NCBI GenBank assembly: GCA_965215505.1
Contig: OZ244065.1
Location: forward strand, 2,464,001-2,528,000
Length of the DNA: 64,000 nt
From: Capsulimonadaceae bacterium
GTDB taxonomy: Bacteria > Armatimonadota > Armatimonadia > Armatimonadales > Capsulimonadaceae
Reading direction: 5' to 3'
This document shows, piece by piece, positions 54,143 through 63,495 of the stretch; position 1 is the stretch's first letter; each line of letters opens with the position of its first letter. The notes under the pieces were generated by a model that saw only the letters and a list, made by a program, of their open reading frames with translations, had not been told where the DNA came from and did no database searches. The position numbers and the translations under genes were made by a program.

Positions 54143-54609
54143 CTCTTTTCGACAAGCTTCAGCAGGCAGAAAAGGAACTCTCGCAGGAATGCGGAGGGTT
54201 CACCCTCTTCGGCCTGTTCGAGCGCCGCAATCTGATTGGCAGATGGGACGTAGTCATGTCCGCTCCGTGGCTCGGGACAGACTATGCGGCACGCAAGTGG
54301 ATGGTGAAGAACTTGCAGTGGCGCTTCACGGACGAGGAATGGCTGAAACTGGCCGGCGTCATGCCGCTGAACCCAGAGGGGGAGTTCGTCACGGGGATCG
54401 GTCTGCTGTACCCGATGGAACACGGGCTGAAGCACATCCCGAGCATCATCCTGAGCGAGCAGGAGATCAACCGGGGCGTCATCATCACGGCGAACCCCAG
54501 GCAGTCCGCGCGCCGGAGCCGGCGGCCCTGGCGGCCTAAAAGAACACGGCAAAAAGAAACGGATGTTCGGGGAACAAAACGGGGGCCGGCGTCGTTTAAA
54601 CCAGTGTGA
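54139..54609 (+). CDS. hypothetical protein coupled to HEPN gene
   Basis: ATGA overlap; FTLFGLFER...RWDVVMSAPW. Confidence 0.7.
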   Translation: MTLFDKLQQAEKELSQECGGFTLFGLFERRNLIGRWDVVMSAPWLGTDYAARKWMVKNLQWRFTDEEWLKLAGVMPLNPEGEFVTGIGLLYPMEHGLKHIPSIILSEQEINRGVIITANPRQSARRSRRPWRPKRTRQKETDVRGTKRGPASFKPV

Positions 54610-54803
54610 GCCGCCGCCGATCCTCAGTGCCGAGGGTGGGCGGCAGCCCTAGTCCAGCGAAGCGGCCCGGCGGGCGCAGACCAGCCCGCCGCATCGCCGC
54701 CCGGTGCCCCGGTGGCCCGTACAGACGCGGGCCGGCGCGGGCGGATCGTCCGCTTCGCCTGCGAGTTTTTATCTCCCGAAGGCGGACGCAGGTGGGGTGA
54801 CGG

Positions 54804-54832
54804 TTGACAAACCGTGCCCCCTGCGTTATAAT
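54804..54832 (+). promoter_or_regulatory. tRNA promoter
   Basis: Perfect TTGACA-17nt-TATAAT. Confidence 0.85.
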
Positions 54833-54853
54833 ACCTCTGCCCCATTCGAAAAA

Positions 54854-54936
54854 GCCGAAGTGGCGGAATGGCAGACGCGGAGGTCTCAAAAACCTTTGGG
54901 GGCAACCTCGTGGGGGTTCGAGTCCCCCCTTCGGCA
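54854..54936 (+). tRNA. tRNA-Leu (anticodon CAA), CCA not encoded
   Basis: Acceptor GCCGAAG/CTTCGGC; anticodon arm GAGGT-CTCAAAA-ACCTT; long variable arm; GTTCGAGTC. Confidence 0.97.
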
Positions 54937-54953
54937 GTAGGAAAGACGCACGG

Positions 54954-54993
54954 CAGCCGCCGGACCTCAGGATGAGGTCCGGCGGCTGTTTTT
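54954..54993 (+). terminator. intrinsic terminator after tRNA-Leu
   Basis: CAGCCGCCGGACCTCA-gga-TGAGGTCCGGCGGCTG followed by T-tract. Confidence 0.88.
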
Positions 54994-55012
54994 GTTTCTG
55001 TCGCTTCCGGGG

Positions 55013-55672
55013 TCAAGGGGAAGCGGCGGGGGCGCTCTCGGCCATGATGTGGTCCACGACCCAGCCGGACGGGGTGCGGTGGAGGTGGACCGACTGCGGG
55101 ACGACGTGGGCGGGACTGTCCCGGACGGCCTGTTTGGTGGCGACCGAATACTCGGTCTGGCTCCAGGTTTCCGAAACCTCCACCTGCGCCTCGGAGCCGT
55201 CCGGGGCGAGGGCGAACGGGCCGAACCGCTGGCTCAGAAGGCGGCCCTCGGAGAAAACCCCCTGACGGCGCAGCGACTGGAGGGCGGTCAGTTCGCGCTG
55301 GAGGGCGTCCCCGGAATAGCAGGGGAACAGCGGGGCCGGGTCGAGGTCATGGAAGGACCGGCTCTCGGCATCATCGGCCCGGCGGATGGCGGCGGCGAGG
55401 TCCGCCTGCGAACCCGACTGCGGGCTGGGGCTGGGGCGGGCGGCCTGACGGGAACGGCCCGCGAGGGTGAGCGCGGTGCGGGCGAAAGCGAGCAGCACGA
55501 TGAGGACGAGGACGGCCCCTAGCGCCCCGAAGACGGTCCAGACGACGGCGGCGCGTGTCCCGCCGCGCGGGGACGGGGCCTGGGTGTCGGGGACGAGCGG
55601 CCGGCCGTCGTAGAGGCAGAAGCGCAGGGCGGCGTCGCTAAAGATGCGCCCGCACTGCGGGCAGCGCATCAT
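55013..55672 (-). CDS. zinc-ribbon, TM and NTF2/ARC6-IMS-like domain protein
   Basis: CPQCG...FCLYDG; TM; AQVEVSETW...GWVVDH; ATGA coupled to upstream gene. Confidence 0.7.
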   Translation of the reverse strand: MMRCPQCGRIFSDAALRFCLYDGRPLVPDTQAPSPRGGTRAAVVWTVFGALGAVLVLIVLLAFARTALTLAGRSRQAARPSPSPQSGSQADLAAAIRRADDAESRSFHDLDPAPLFPCYSGDALQRELTALQSLRRQGVFSEGRLLSQRFGPFALAPDGSEAQVEVSETWSQTEYSVATKQAVRDSPAHVVPQSVHLHRTPSGWVVDHIMAESAPAASP

Positions 55673-57309
55673 GGCGTCGCCGCCCCTTCTGTTGTCGCCC
55701 CCTCCATCCCCGCCGGCCTCAGTGTGCCCACTGCGGCGCGCTCCACCTGAGCGGCCTGCACCTGCTTGATGCCGTCCTGGATGAAGCCGAGGATCGCCAG
55801 CCAGGCGACGACGATCAGCCCGGACAGCAGCACATAATAGATCAGCATCGGCAGGGGGACGATCAGTTCGATGTCCCAAAGCGTGTGCAGGCCCATCGCC
55901 AGGAACAGGACGCGCAGGAAGCGGCCGTCGCCGAGCATGGCATACTGGAACGGCCGATCGCCCTTGACCTTCCACAAGGCCGCGCCCTCCAAAGCCGCCC
56001 ACGCGACGTGGCCGCCGGGCGCGAGTACGCCCCGGAGCAGGATGGTGTGCTGGATGGCGTCGAAGTCTATGTGCAGGCCGCCCGTGTCGGTCACGGCCAG
56101 GCTGCCGAGCAGGGCCTTCAGCGCGTAGCCGGCCGACTCGAAGCCCGCGAAACCCGCCCCGATGGCCCCGCCCAGCAGCAAACCATTCAGCGTCCAGCGG
56201 TACTTCGGGTGGCTGGCGAACAGCAGCAGGGCGGCGGCCTTGCCGACCTCCTCGATGACGCCCGGCAGGCCGCCCCCGAACAGCCCGTAGCCGAAGAGGC
56301 TGACGATCAGGGACAGGACGCCGCCGATGAGGATGGCCCGGAAGACCTGGTAGAAAGACACGTTGCGCGGCACGTTCATCTCGAAGTAGAGGACGACCAC
56401 GGTCAGCGGGATGGCGAACGAGCCGAGCAGGATCAGGCCGGGCAGGCAGTTGGGGTTGCCGAACTCCTGCACCCCGAAGAAGAAGCCGCCGTAGGCCAGC
56501 AGGGACAGCAGGAGGATTTTGAAGAACAGCCACGGCTTGGGCCAGACGGCGGGAACCGCCTCGATGGGAGGGGTCGTGGCCCGGCCCCCGACCAGGAAGA
56601 AGTCTTCGACGTCCTCCTCGGTCCGCTTCTCCAGGACGGAGGAGAACATCTCGCGGGCGTCCAGGCCCTCCACGGGGCTGACGCCCGTGACCGCCCCCAC
56701 GCGCTGGTTGAGCGCCTGGAACCAGCTTCCCGCCGGCAGCGCCCCGCCGGGCAGCGCCCCGCCGGGCAGCGCCCCGCCGGGCAGCGCCCCGCCGGGCAGC
56801 GCCCCGCCGGGCAGCGCCCCGCCGGGCGGCGGCCCGGCGGCCCGAGGCGGGATCGTGCCGTTCATCGGGCCGGGGGCGGGGACCGCTTCGCCCTGCCAGA
56901 GCGACCGGCCCACACGGAGCTGACCGCCGGGCGGCAGCGTACCTTCCGCTTGTGCCGCCCCGTTCAGGAACAGCGGAGCGCCGTCATGCGACCGGAAATA
57001 GAGGTAGCCGTTCTGGAAGACGAAGTCCGCATGGGCGGGCGCGGCGTCGGGGTCGTCGGAGAGCAGGCCCGAATGCAGGGCCGTCCCCAATGTCACGCCC
57101 GACGCGCCCAGCACGAACCGCTTGCCCGCGTCCGGCCCCGCCACACAGGCCAGGACAACGCTCGGGCCGGGGCCGCCGGGTGGGGGGCCGACGGGCGTCG
57201 GGACTGGCGGCGGGGGGCCGCTCGGGGCGGGTGCCGCCAAGGGAGCGCCGCAGCGCCCGCAGAAGGCGGCATCGGGCGGGTTGGGGAGGCCGCAGCGGGG
57301 GCACGTCAT
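55669..57309 (-). CDS. zinc-ribbon + FHA-like + PrsW-family intramembrane protease
   Basis: CPRCG...FCGRCG; GPDAGKRF...HA FHA-like; IEEVGK, GFAGFESAGY, GHVAW, LHTLWD PrsW motifs. Confidence 0.9.
   Translation of the reverse strand: MTCPRCGLPNPPDAAFCGRCGAPLAAPAPSGPPPPVPTPVGPPPGGPGPSVVLACVAGPDAGKRFVLGASGVTLGTALHSGLLSDDPDAAPAHADFVFQNGYLYFRSHDGAPLFLNGAAQAEGTLPPGGQLRVGRSLWQGEAVPAPGPMNGTIPPRAAGPPPGGALPGGALPGGALPGGALPGGALPGGALPAGSWFQALNQRVGAVTGVSPVEGLDAREMFSSVLEKRTEEDVEDFFLVGGRATTPPIEAVPAVWPKPWLFFKILLLSLLAYGGFFFGVQEFGNPNCLPGLILLGSFAIPLTVVVLYFEMNVPRNVSFYQVFRAILIGGVLSLIVSLFGYGLFGGGLPGVIEEVGKAAALLLFASHPKYRWTLNGLLLGGAIGAGFAGFESAGYALKALLGSLAVTDTGGLHIDFDAIQHTILLRGVLAPGGHVAWAALEGAALWKVKGDRPFQYAMLGDGRFLRVLFLAMGLHTLWDIELIVPLPMLIYYVLLSGLIVVAWLAILGFIQDGIKQVQAAQVERAAVGTLRPAGMEGATTEGAATP
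56731..56820. repeat. coding tandem repeat, 15 bp x5 plus 1 degenerate (GGALP)
   Basis: GCCGGGCAGCGCCCC x5 at 56746-56820. Confidence 0.9.
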
Positions 57310-57432
57310 CGGCTCTCGCGCGCTCCATTCGTGGGGGAGGTGTGCATGGCCTTGATTCTACCCCAAGCGCGGGCCTGCGCGGACACTCTGGGGAAAGTAG
57401 GCTGAGACACGAATAAGAATAGCAGCCGGGTA

Positions 57433-57909
57433 TCAGGGGCGAGCCTCTTCTCGCTCCCGCTTCTTTTCTTCCTCCGACCAATACTGGTCCCAGCATCGGA
57501 CTTCGTCCAGCGCCAGAACGCAGTCCTCGCTCCCTTCACCGTTCACCCAGATGTTGAACTCGACCAGAAGATCGCTCCATTGTCCGTTCAGGGGCAGATC
57601 GAAGCTGACATCACCGGCGAGGCCGGTCTTCTCAGGGTTGTACCACTTCACCTCCCGTGTCGGTACATGACCGAGTGTGATGGCAGCATCAGGGGAAGTC
57701 ACTTTGAATGAGCGTGTACCAGGATAAAGTTCGAGCGGGCGGTAACTCGCGAGAGCAAGATCCAGCCGCTCCGGTGTCCACACTTCATACCCGTCGAGGG
57801 CGATTGCGGTGAAGGCGGCTTTCGTCCCCGACGCTGCCCACAGGTCTATCCATGCTTCTACGACTTGTAAGACATGTTCGTTGGGAGAGTCACAGGGGAA
57901 ATATATCAT
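57433..57909 (-). CDS. hypothetical protein (possible orphan immunity protein)
   Basis: 158 aa; FDLPLNGQWSDL; ATGA coupled to RHS remnant; AT-richer. Confidence 0.6.
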   Translation of the reverse strand: MIYFPCDSPNEHVLQVVEAWIDLWAASGTKAAFTAIALDGYEVWTPERLDLALASYRPLELYPGTRSFKVTSPDAAITLGHVPTREVKWYNPEKTGLAGDVSFDLPLNGQWSDLLVEFNIWVNGEGSEDCVLALDEVRCWDQYWSEEEKKREREEARP

Positions 57910-58093
57910 GGGGTTTGCGCGCCGTTGACCCTCCCCCGTCGAGCCGCTGGGCGACGTTGCCGCGCTCGTCGAAGGTGTAGAAGACGCTGGCGTTGGTGGC
58001 GGCGGTGTGGCGGGAGACGAGGCCCTGCGCGCCGAAGGTGTTGACGGCCTGGAGGTTGCCGTTGGCGTCGAGTTCGGCTATGGGGTCGAACAT
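57890..58093 (-). pseudogene. RHS-repeat core fragment
   Basis: PIAELDANGNLQAVNTFGAQGLVSR...FYTFDERGNVAQRLDG; ends abruptly. Confidence 0.75.
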
Positions 58094-58121
58094 TCACCGG
58101 GGGAGAGGCCAGCACTACTCC

Positions 58122-58406
58122 CTAGTTCTCTCCCAGAGACTCGACTACGCTTTTTGGCTCTCGTCTGAGAAACCCGTAGTAGTATATTTCTCCCCCACCC
58201 GCGTTGTGTGTATGAAGATTGTAGCCATCCACATAACCTACGCCAATATCCCACTCGTCATGAGGAACGATGCTCAATCTGTCCCCATGAGAAATCCAGT
58301 AACAACAGACCAGGGTCGGGATCAGAATGATGAGCGCAAGCAGGGCGGCGATGGACTCAGAAATCGATGGCCGCCTCACGCCCTTTGCGGGTAGCTTTGT
58401 TTTCAC
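58122..58406 (-). CDS. small single-TM hypothetical protein
   Basis: GGAGA before GTG; IAALLALIILIPTLVCCYWI TM. Confidence 0.5.
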   Translation of the reverse strand: MKTKLPAKGVRRPSISESIAALLALIILIPTLVCCYWISHGDRLSIVPHDEWDIGVGYVDGYNLHTHNAGGGEIYYYGFLRREPKSVVESLGEN

Positions 58407-58453
58407 GAAAGATGATCTCCGTCGCGGCCTCGGAGGAGGGCGGGACATGAAGG

Positions 58454-58477
58454 AGGGCGGGGGGATCCCGCCCCTAC
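58454..58477 (-). repeat. REP element (1 mismatch)
   Basis: Reverse of GTAGGGGCGGGATCCCCCCGCCCT. Confidence 0.85.
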
Positions 58478-58651
58478 ACGAGCCAGGTCACTGGCGCATC
58501 GCCCTGGCGTCGTGGCTGGGTTTCCTGACCCTCCTTGCCAGTGGCTATGCCCCTCCGAAGCCCCAAATGGGCGGCCCACCGGCGGTTTAACGCCGGGCGC
58601 CTTCGGGGCCGAACCCCCTGGCTTCACCGGGGGGGCGCGTTGTAAGAAAAA

Positions 58652-58675
58652 AGGGCGCGATGGATCGCGCCCTAC
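58652..58675 (-). repeat. second-class GTAG REP
   Basis: GTAGGGCGCGATCCATCGCGCCCT: GTAG plus a different palindrome. Confidence 0.7.
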
Positions 58676-58711
58676 GGGATGCCCTTGCGGGCCGTTTTGA
58701 GAAGCAGGAGT

Positions 58712-58750
58712 GCCGCCGGGTTTCATTGCTGAAACCCGGCGGCTTTCTTT
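58712..58750. terminator. terminator-like hairpin downstream of S53 protease
   Basis: GCCGCCGGGTTTCA-ttgc-TGAAACCCGGCGGC; T-tract on plus strand. Confidence 0.65.
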
Positions 58751-58768
58751 GTGTCCCCTCTCGGTCCG

Positions 58769-61700
58769 CTAGGAGCCGGGATGGGGGACGACTATGGAGA
58801 CGGCGGAGTAGGCGTAGATCCAGTAACCGGAGCCGGGCTGGAGGGAGCCGTTCGTCTGGAGGACGACGTAGGCACCGCCGCCGCCGTTGGCAGACGGGCT
58901 GAAGCTGTAGAGGATCGAGCTGAGGAACAGGGGCGTCCCGGCGGCGCCCGAAACGGCGGAGGCGAAGGGGAGCGCGATGCCGCCCGAAGAGACAGTCAGG
59001 GAGCGGAGGCTGACCGGGACGAGGAACGGGTCGCCGATCATGTTCCAGCCGGGCAGGAGCGGGATGGTGAAGTCCGCCGTCGGGTCGGCGGGGGTGCCGA
59101 CGCGGGTGAGGGTGACGGCGGCGGGCAGGTGGACAAAGTAGCCCCGGCCCAGGCGGAGGGCGTCGGCGGGGGCGGTGGGCGTGATGGCGTACTGGCTGAC
59201 CGTGCCGTCCCAGGTGGCGAGGCGGACGTTGGTGTAGCCGAAGAGGGTGTCCAGCGACTGCCCGGAGTAGTCGTAGGGGACCGAGATCATGTTCAGCCCG
59301 GCGGGGAAGGAGGTGCCGACGGCGTTCGTGACGGTCAGGGTGGCCGTCCGCGTCTGGCCGCCGACGACGGCGGCGATGGTGGCCGTGCCTGCCGTGGGCG
59401 TCCCGATGGGGAAGGAGGCCGTCGTCGTACCGGGCGCGACGGTGGCGGTAGCCGGGAGCGTCTCGGCGGCCCCGAGCTGGGAGAGGGTGACGACCAGGCC
59501 GCCGGGCGGCGCGGGAGCGTTGACGGTGACGGTCCCGACGGTCGCCACGCCGGCGATGACGGCGGACGGGTTGATGGTCAGGTTGGTCGCCTGGATCGGC
59601 TGGATGGTGAGGTTCGTGGTCTTGCTGATGCCGTCCAGGGTGGCGGTGAGCGCGTCCACGACCGGGGCGGCGACGACGACCGTGGTAACCGGGAAGGTGG
59701 CCGTGGTCGCGCCGAGCGGGACGGTCGCGGTGGCCGGGACGGTCCCGGCCGCAGCCCCGCTGGCGAGGCTGACGGCCAGCCCGGCGGCGACGGCGGCGGG
59801 CGAGTCGAGCGTCACCGTGCCGACGGCGGGTGCGCCGCCGGTGAGGCTGGCGGGCGCGACGGAGACGCCGGTGATGCGGGCGGAGCGGACCTCAAGCCGC
59901 GCCTGCTGGCTGACTCCGCCGAGGGTGGCGGTGATGGTCGCGATCAGAGTCTTGGGCACGGGCTTGGTGGTGACGGAGAAGGTCGCCGTGGTCCCGCCCG
60001 AGGGGATCGTCACGCTGGCGGGGACGACGGCGGCCGGGTTGTCGCTGCTGATGGTCACGACCGCGCCCGCGGCGGGGGCGGCGAAGGTCAGGGTCAAGGT
60101 GCCCGTGGAGGTCTGGCCGCCGGGCAGGGAAGACGGGGCGAGGACGAGCCGTTCCAGGGTCGGGGCGAGTACGGTCAGCGGGGCGGTCACGCTGACGCCG
60201 CCCGCCGAGGCCGTGAGCGTGGCGATGACCTGCTGGGTGACCGGGCTGGTCGTGACGGTGAAGGTCGCCGAGGTCGAGTTGGCCGGGATGGTGACGCTTG
60301 CAGGGACCTGGGCGGCGGCGTTGCTGCTGCTCAGGGCGACGGCCAGGCCGCCCGCCGGGGCGGGGCCGGCCAGTGTCACGGTGGCCGTGGAGGACGCGCC
60401 GCCGTCAACGCTGTCGGGAGACAGGGTCAGGGTCGTGGGCACGATGGCGACCGGGGCCGCATCCACTTCCAGCGGGGCGCCCAGGCTGCTGCCCTGGTAG
60501 GCGGCCGTGATGGTGACCGTGGTGGTCGTCGTGACGGCGGTGTCGATGGTGAAGGTGGCGGTGGTCTGGCCGGCGGCGACTGTGACACTGGCTGGGACGG
60601 GCGCGACCGTGGCGTCGGTCGTGGTCAGGGTGACGACCGCGCCGCCTGCGGGCGCGGGGTTGGCGAGGGTGACAGTGCCCGTGGCTTGCAGGCCGCCGAC
60701 GACCATGCCCGGCGTCTGCGCCACCGTGGCGACCAGCGTCAGGCTGGCGATGGCGGTGCCGGTGGTGTTGGGCGCGGGCGCGAACAGCGGGAGCAGGCCC
60801 GCGCCGTTATAGGACCCCCACCCCGTCGCGACATCGTAGCCGGTCAGGGCGTGGTAGAAAAGGTTGGTGCTGTTGTCGTTGACGTCGTGGAAGCCCGTAC
60901 TGTAGTTCGTGCCCTTCCCGATCTTATAGATCAGGGGGTTGGCGAAGCCGAGGAGCGGCTCGCCGTATTTCACGCGCTGCTGGTTGGCGAGGGCGGCGAA
61001 GGCCGCCCAGAGCGGGGCGGCGGCGCTGGTGCCGCCGACGCCGCCCCACTGCCCGCCCACATAGATGGCATAGCCGGTGTTCGGGTCGGCGTCCAGGGAG
61101 ACATCGGGGACGTTACGCATCACGGTGGACGCGGGAGGCTGGCCCACCCCGCGCTGATAATCCGGCAGGGTCCAGACCTTGCTGATGCCGCCACCGCCGC
61201 CGGAGCCGAAGCTGCTGCGCGAGTCGGGCGTGGGGTCGCCCCAGGTAGATTCCGAGGCATACGGCCCGCCGGCGCGGGTCACGGACAGCGTGGTGCCGCC
61301 GACGGCGGTGGCGAGGGGCTGGGAGGCCGGGTCGCTGACGCTGAGGGTCGCGCCGTCCGTGTACGCGCCGCTGTCCCCGGAGGCGATGAAGACGCTCTGG
61401 CCCTGCATCGCCATCTGCATGAGGGAGGCATTCTCGGCGTTGAGGCTCGGCATGTCCGTCTGATCTTCCCCAAGACCCCAGGAGATGCTGACCTCTTTGG
61501 CGCGGTTGTCGTCGGCGATCTTCTGAAGCACGTCCAGGCCGCCCTGGTTGCTCAGGGGAGCCTCATAGACGATGATCTTGCTGGCACCGGGTGCCACGGC
61601 GTTCATCATCTGGATGTCCAGCACCACTTCGACGGAATTCGGCCCGGCGACGCCGCTGTATCCATCCACGAGGACATTCTCCAGCGTGACGGGGTTCAGG

Positions 61701-62578
61701 CCGTAAGTGCTGTCGTAGAAGGAGATGTCGCTGGCCTGGTAGCCGTCCAGCTCATACAGGCCCATGGTCTGGCCCGCGCCGGTGAGGGGCGTCCGGTCCA
61801 GGTTGTAAGCGGCCTTGATGTCGTGGGGCGTGAGTTCGCCGGTATTCGGGTCCGTGCCGATACCCAGGGGCGCATCGGAGCCGCCGAGGGCGGGGAAGAG
61901 GGAGAAAGGCTTGAAGGCAGGCTCAAAGGCGGGCCTGAGCGTGCCGCCCGGCGCGGAACCCGGACGGCGAAGGAAAGGGTGCGGGACGGCGGCGTCGCTG
62001 AGGCCGATGACGCCCGCCAGACGTCCCACGAGGGAGACGGGGATGGCAGGGCCGGCGTCCGGCGCATGGAAGACGCGCCCGTCGGCGGCCTGGTAGCGGA
62101 CCATGTGAAGGGCGAACGCCGACTCGACGGCGGCGGTCGGCCCGGAAACCGAGAGCAGCAGGCGGCTCGGCGTCGTGTGGGTGACGGTCAAGCCGTGTGC
62201 GCGGGCGAAGGCGGCGACGGCGTCATAGGACTCCTGCGTCGGGCCGTAGCGGCGCGCGAACTCGTCGGTCGTGATATACTTCTGGTAGAGCGGGTCGGCG
62301 GAGTCATACAGCCGCCCCACGAATTCCTGCGCCCCGGCGGGGTCGCGCATCGGCAGGGACAGGGAGAGCGTCATGGTCTGGCCGCTCGGGGCGCGGCCCA
62401 AGGCCCGCGCGCGCGCCACAGCGGCGGCGGGGACGTGGCCGGGCAGTCGCACCGTAGCGGGGGCGGGGGCGGCCTGTGCCGCCGTCCGTCCGCCGAGAAG
62501 GGCGAGGCTGAACGTGAGGGCGAGCAGGGCGAGTAGCAGGCACCGGCCCCGGTGCATCGGCGGGAATGAGAGTTTCAC
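58769..62578 (-). CDS. secreted S53 (sedolisin/kumamolisin) protease with pro-domain and Ig-like beta-strand repeats
   Basis: Signal peptide; EVVLD, SISWG, ASGDSG, RNVPDVS, GGTSAAAP; repeated VPASVT..G.T.ATF; AGGA RBS. Confidence 0.93.
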   Translation of the reverse strand: MKLSFPPMHRGRCLLLALLALTFSLALLGGRTAAQAAPAPATVRLPGHVPAAAVARARALGRAPSGQTMTLSLSLPMRDPAGAQEFVGRLYDSADPLYQKYITTDEFARRYGPTQESYDAVAAFARAHGLTVTHTTPSRLLLSVSGPTAAVESAFALHMVRYQAADGRVFHAPDAGPAIPVSLVGRLAGVIGLSDAAVPHPFLRRPGSAPGGTLRPAFEPAFKPFSLFPALGGSDAPLGIGTDPNTGELTPHDIKAAYNLDRTPLTGAGQTMGLYELDGYQASDISFYDSTYGLNPVTLENVLVDGYSGVAGPNSVEVVLDIQMMNAVAPGASKIIVYEAPLSNQGGLDVLQKIADDNRAKEVSISWGLGEDQTDMPSLNAENASLMQMAMQGQSVFIASGDSGAYTDGATLSVSDPASQPLATAVGGTTLSVTRAGGPYASESTWGDPTPDSRSSFGSGGGGGISKVWTLPDYQRGVGQPPASTVMRNVPDVSLDADPNTGYAIYVGGQWGGVGGTSAAAPLWAAFAALANQQRVKYGEPLLGFANPLIYKIGKGTNYSTGFHDVNDNSTNLFYHALTGYDVATGWGSYNGAGLLPLFAPAPNTTGTAIASLTLVATVAQTPGMVVGGLQATGTVTLANPAPAGGAVVTLTTTDATVAPVPASVTVAAGQTTATFTIDTAVTTTTTVTITAAYQGSSLGAPLEVDAAPVAIVPTTLTLSPDSVDGGASSTATVTLAGPAPAGGLAVALSSSNAAAQVPASVTIPANSTSATFTVTTSPVTQQVIATLTASAGGVSVTAPLTVLAPTLERLVLAPSSLPGGQTSTGTLTLTFAAPAAGAVVTISSDNPAAVVPASVTIPSGGTTATFSVTTKPVPKTLIATITATLGGVSQQARLEVRSARITGVSVAPASLTGGAPAVGTVTLDSPAAVAAGLAVSLASGAAAGTVPATATVPLGATTATFPVTTVVVAAPVVDALTATLDGISKTTNLTIQPIQATNLTINPSAVIAGVATVGTVTVNAPAPPGGLVVTLSQLGAAETLPATATVAPGTTTASFPIGTPTAGTATIAAVVGGQTRTATLTVTNAVGTSFPAGLNMISVPYDYSGQSLDTLFGYTNVRLATWDGTVSQYAITPTAPADALRLGRGYFVHLPAAVTLTRVGTPADPTADFTIPLLPGWNMIGDPFLVPVSLRSLTVSSGGIALPFASAVSGAAGTPLFLSSILYSFSPSANGGGGAYVVLQTNGSLQPGSGYWIYAYSAVSIVVPHPGS

Positions 62579-62698
62579 AGAATAGGAGTCCTTTGGCGCT
62601 TGGATTGACGGCGTTAGGTTGTCCTATACGGTATCACACCTGAGCGGTTTTGTCAAGAAGGGCGGCGGTAATTCTATGAAAACAGCCCGCGAACACGG

Positions 62699-63451
62699 TC
62701 AGGGGGCGGTACGCACGTCGCGCAGATATTTCACATGGCCGTCGAAGAAGACCCGGTTCCGACCGCCGAAGTGGACGCCGCGCCCTTTGAACCCGGCGGG
62801 GGCGGGCGACGTGGAGGGGAAGTAGGGGTCCACGGCAAGCTCCAGGTCGGCCTCGCTGCCCGGTACGGGCGGGACGATGGTCGAGTCGTGGACGACGGGG
62901 GAGTTCCAGTCGTCGATGTCGCTGATGCACTGCTGCGGCAGCTTGCCCCAACACTCGGAGGGCTTGGAGAAGTCGGGGCGGTCGAAGCGCCACATCCAGT
63001 ACCGCGTCGTCAGGCCGCCCGGCGTCGTCTCGGCGACCCGGTTGTAGCCCGCCGGGTCGGCCTGGTCGAGGGCGGACCCCTTGACGCTGGGGCAGGACCA
63101 CACGCCGTCGCCTTTAAGGAAGGGGTTCAGGACGGTCGCCGCCCAGCCCGCACGCGGGTCGGAGCCGGGAAACGACCCGGCCCCCCAGAGGGGGCTGCCG
63201 CCGGGCATGTTTTTCAGGTCGCGCCGGTCCGGAAGGCGCTCGTCGCTGTCCTGCTCGTACTGGACCATCGCCAGGCCGATCTGCCGTAGATTGGACTCGC
63301 AGGCCGCCCGGCGGGCGTTCTCGCGGACGCGCTGGAAGACAGGGAAGAGGATGGCGGCGAGGACCGCGATGATGGCGATGACGACGAGCAGCTCGATTAA
63401 AGTAAATCCGGGCGTGAAGCCTCGACGGTTAATGGCAGGGCGGTAGAGCAT
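62699..63451 (-). CDS. prepilin-type N-methylation / DUF1559 / H-X9-DG protein
   Basis: [51 protein letters not shown]. Confidence 0.93.
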   Translation of the reverse strand: MLYRPAINRRGFTPGFTLIELLVVIAIIAVLAAILFPVFQRVRENARRAACESNLRQIGLAMVQYEQDSDERLPDRRDLKNMPGGSPLWGAGSFPGSDPRAGWAATVLNPFLKGDGVWSCPSVKGSALDQADPAGYNRVAETTPGGLTTRYWMWRFDRPDFSKPSECWGKLPQQCISDIDDWNSPVVHDSTIVPPVPGSEADLELAVDPYFPSTSPAPAGFKGRGVHFGGRNRVFFDGHVKYLRDVRTAP

Positions 63452-63495
63452 GACAGGGTTTGAACGCGGGCGGGAGTAGGAGGGGTTCCCGACCC

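Noticed and set aside
54600-54800. RNase P, tmRNA or SRP RNA
   Set aside because: Hallmark motifs such as GAGGAAAGTCC or tRNA-like ends are absent on both strands
58751-62536. 1261-aa plus-strand ORF
   Set aside because: Antisense shadow of the S53 protease; Gly/Arg-rich and motif-free, as expected at high GC3
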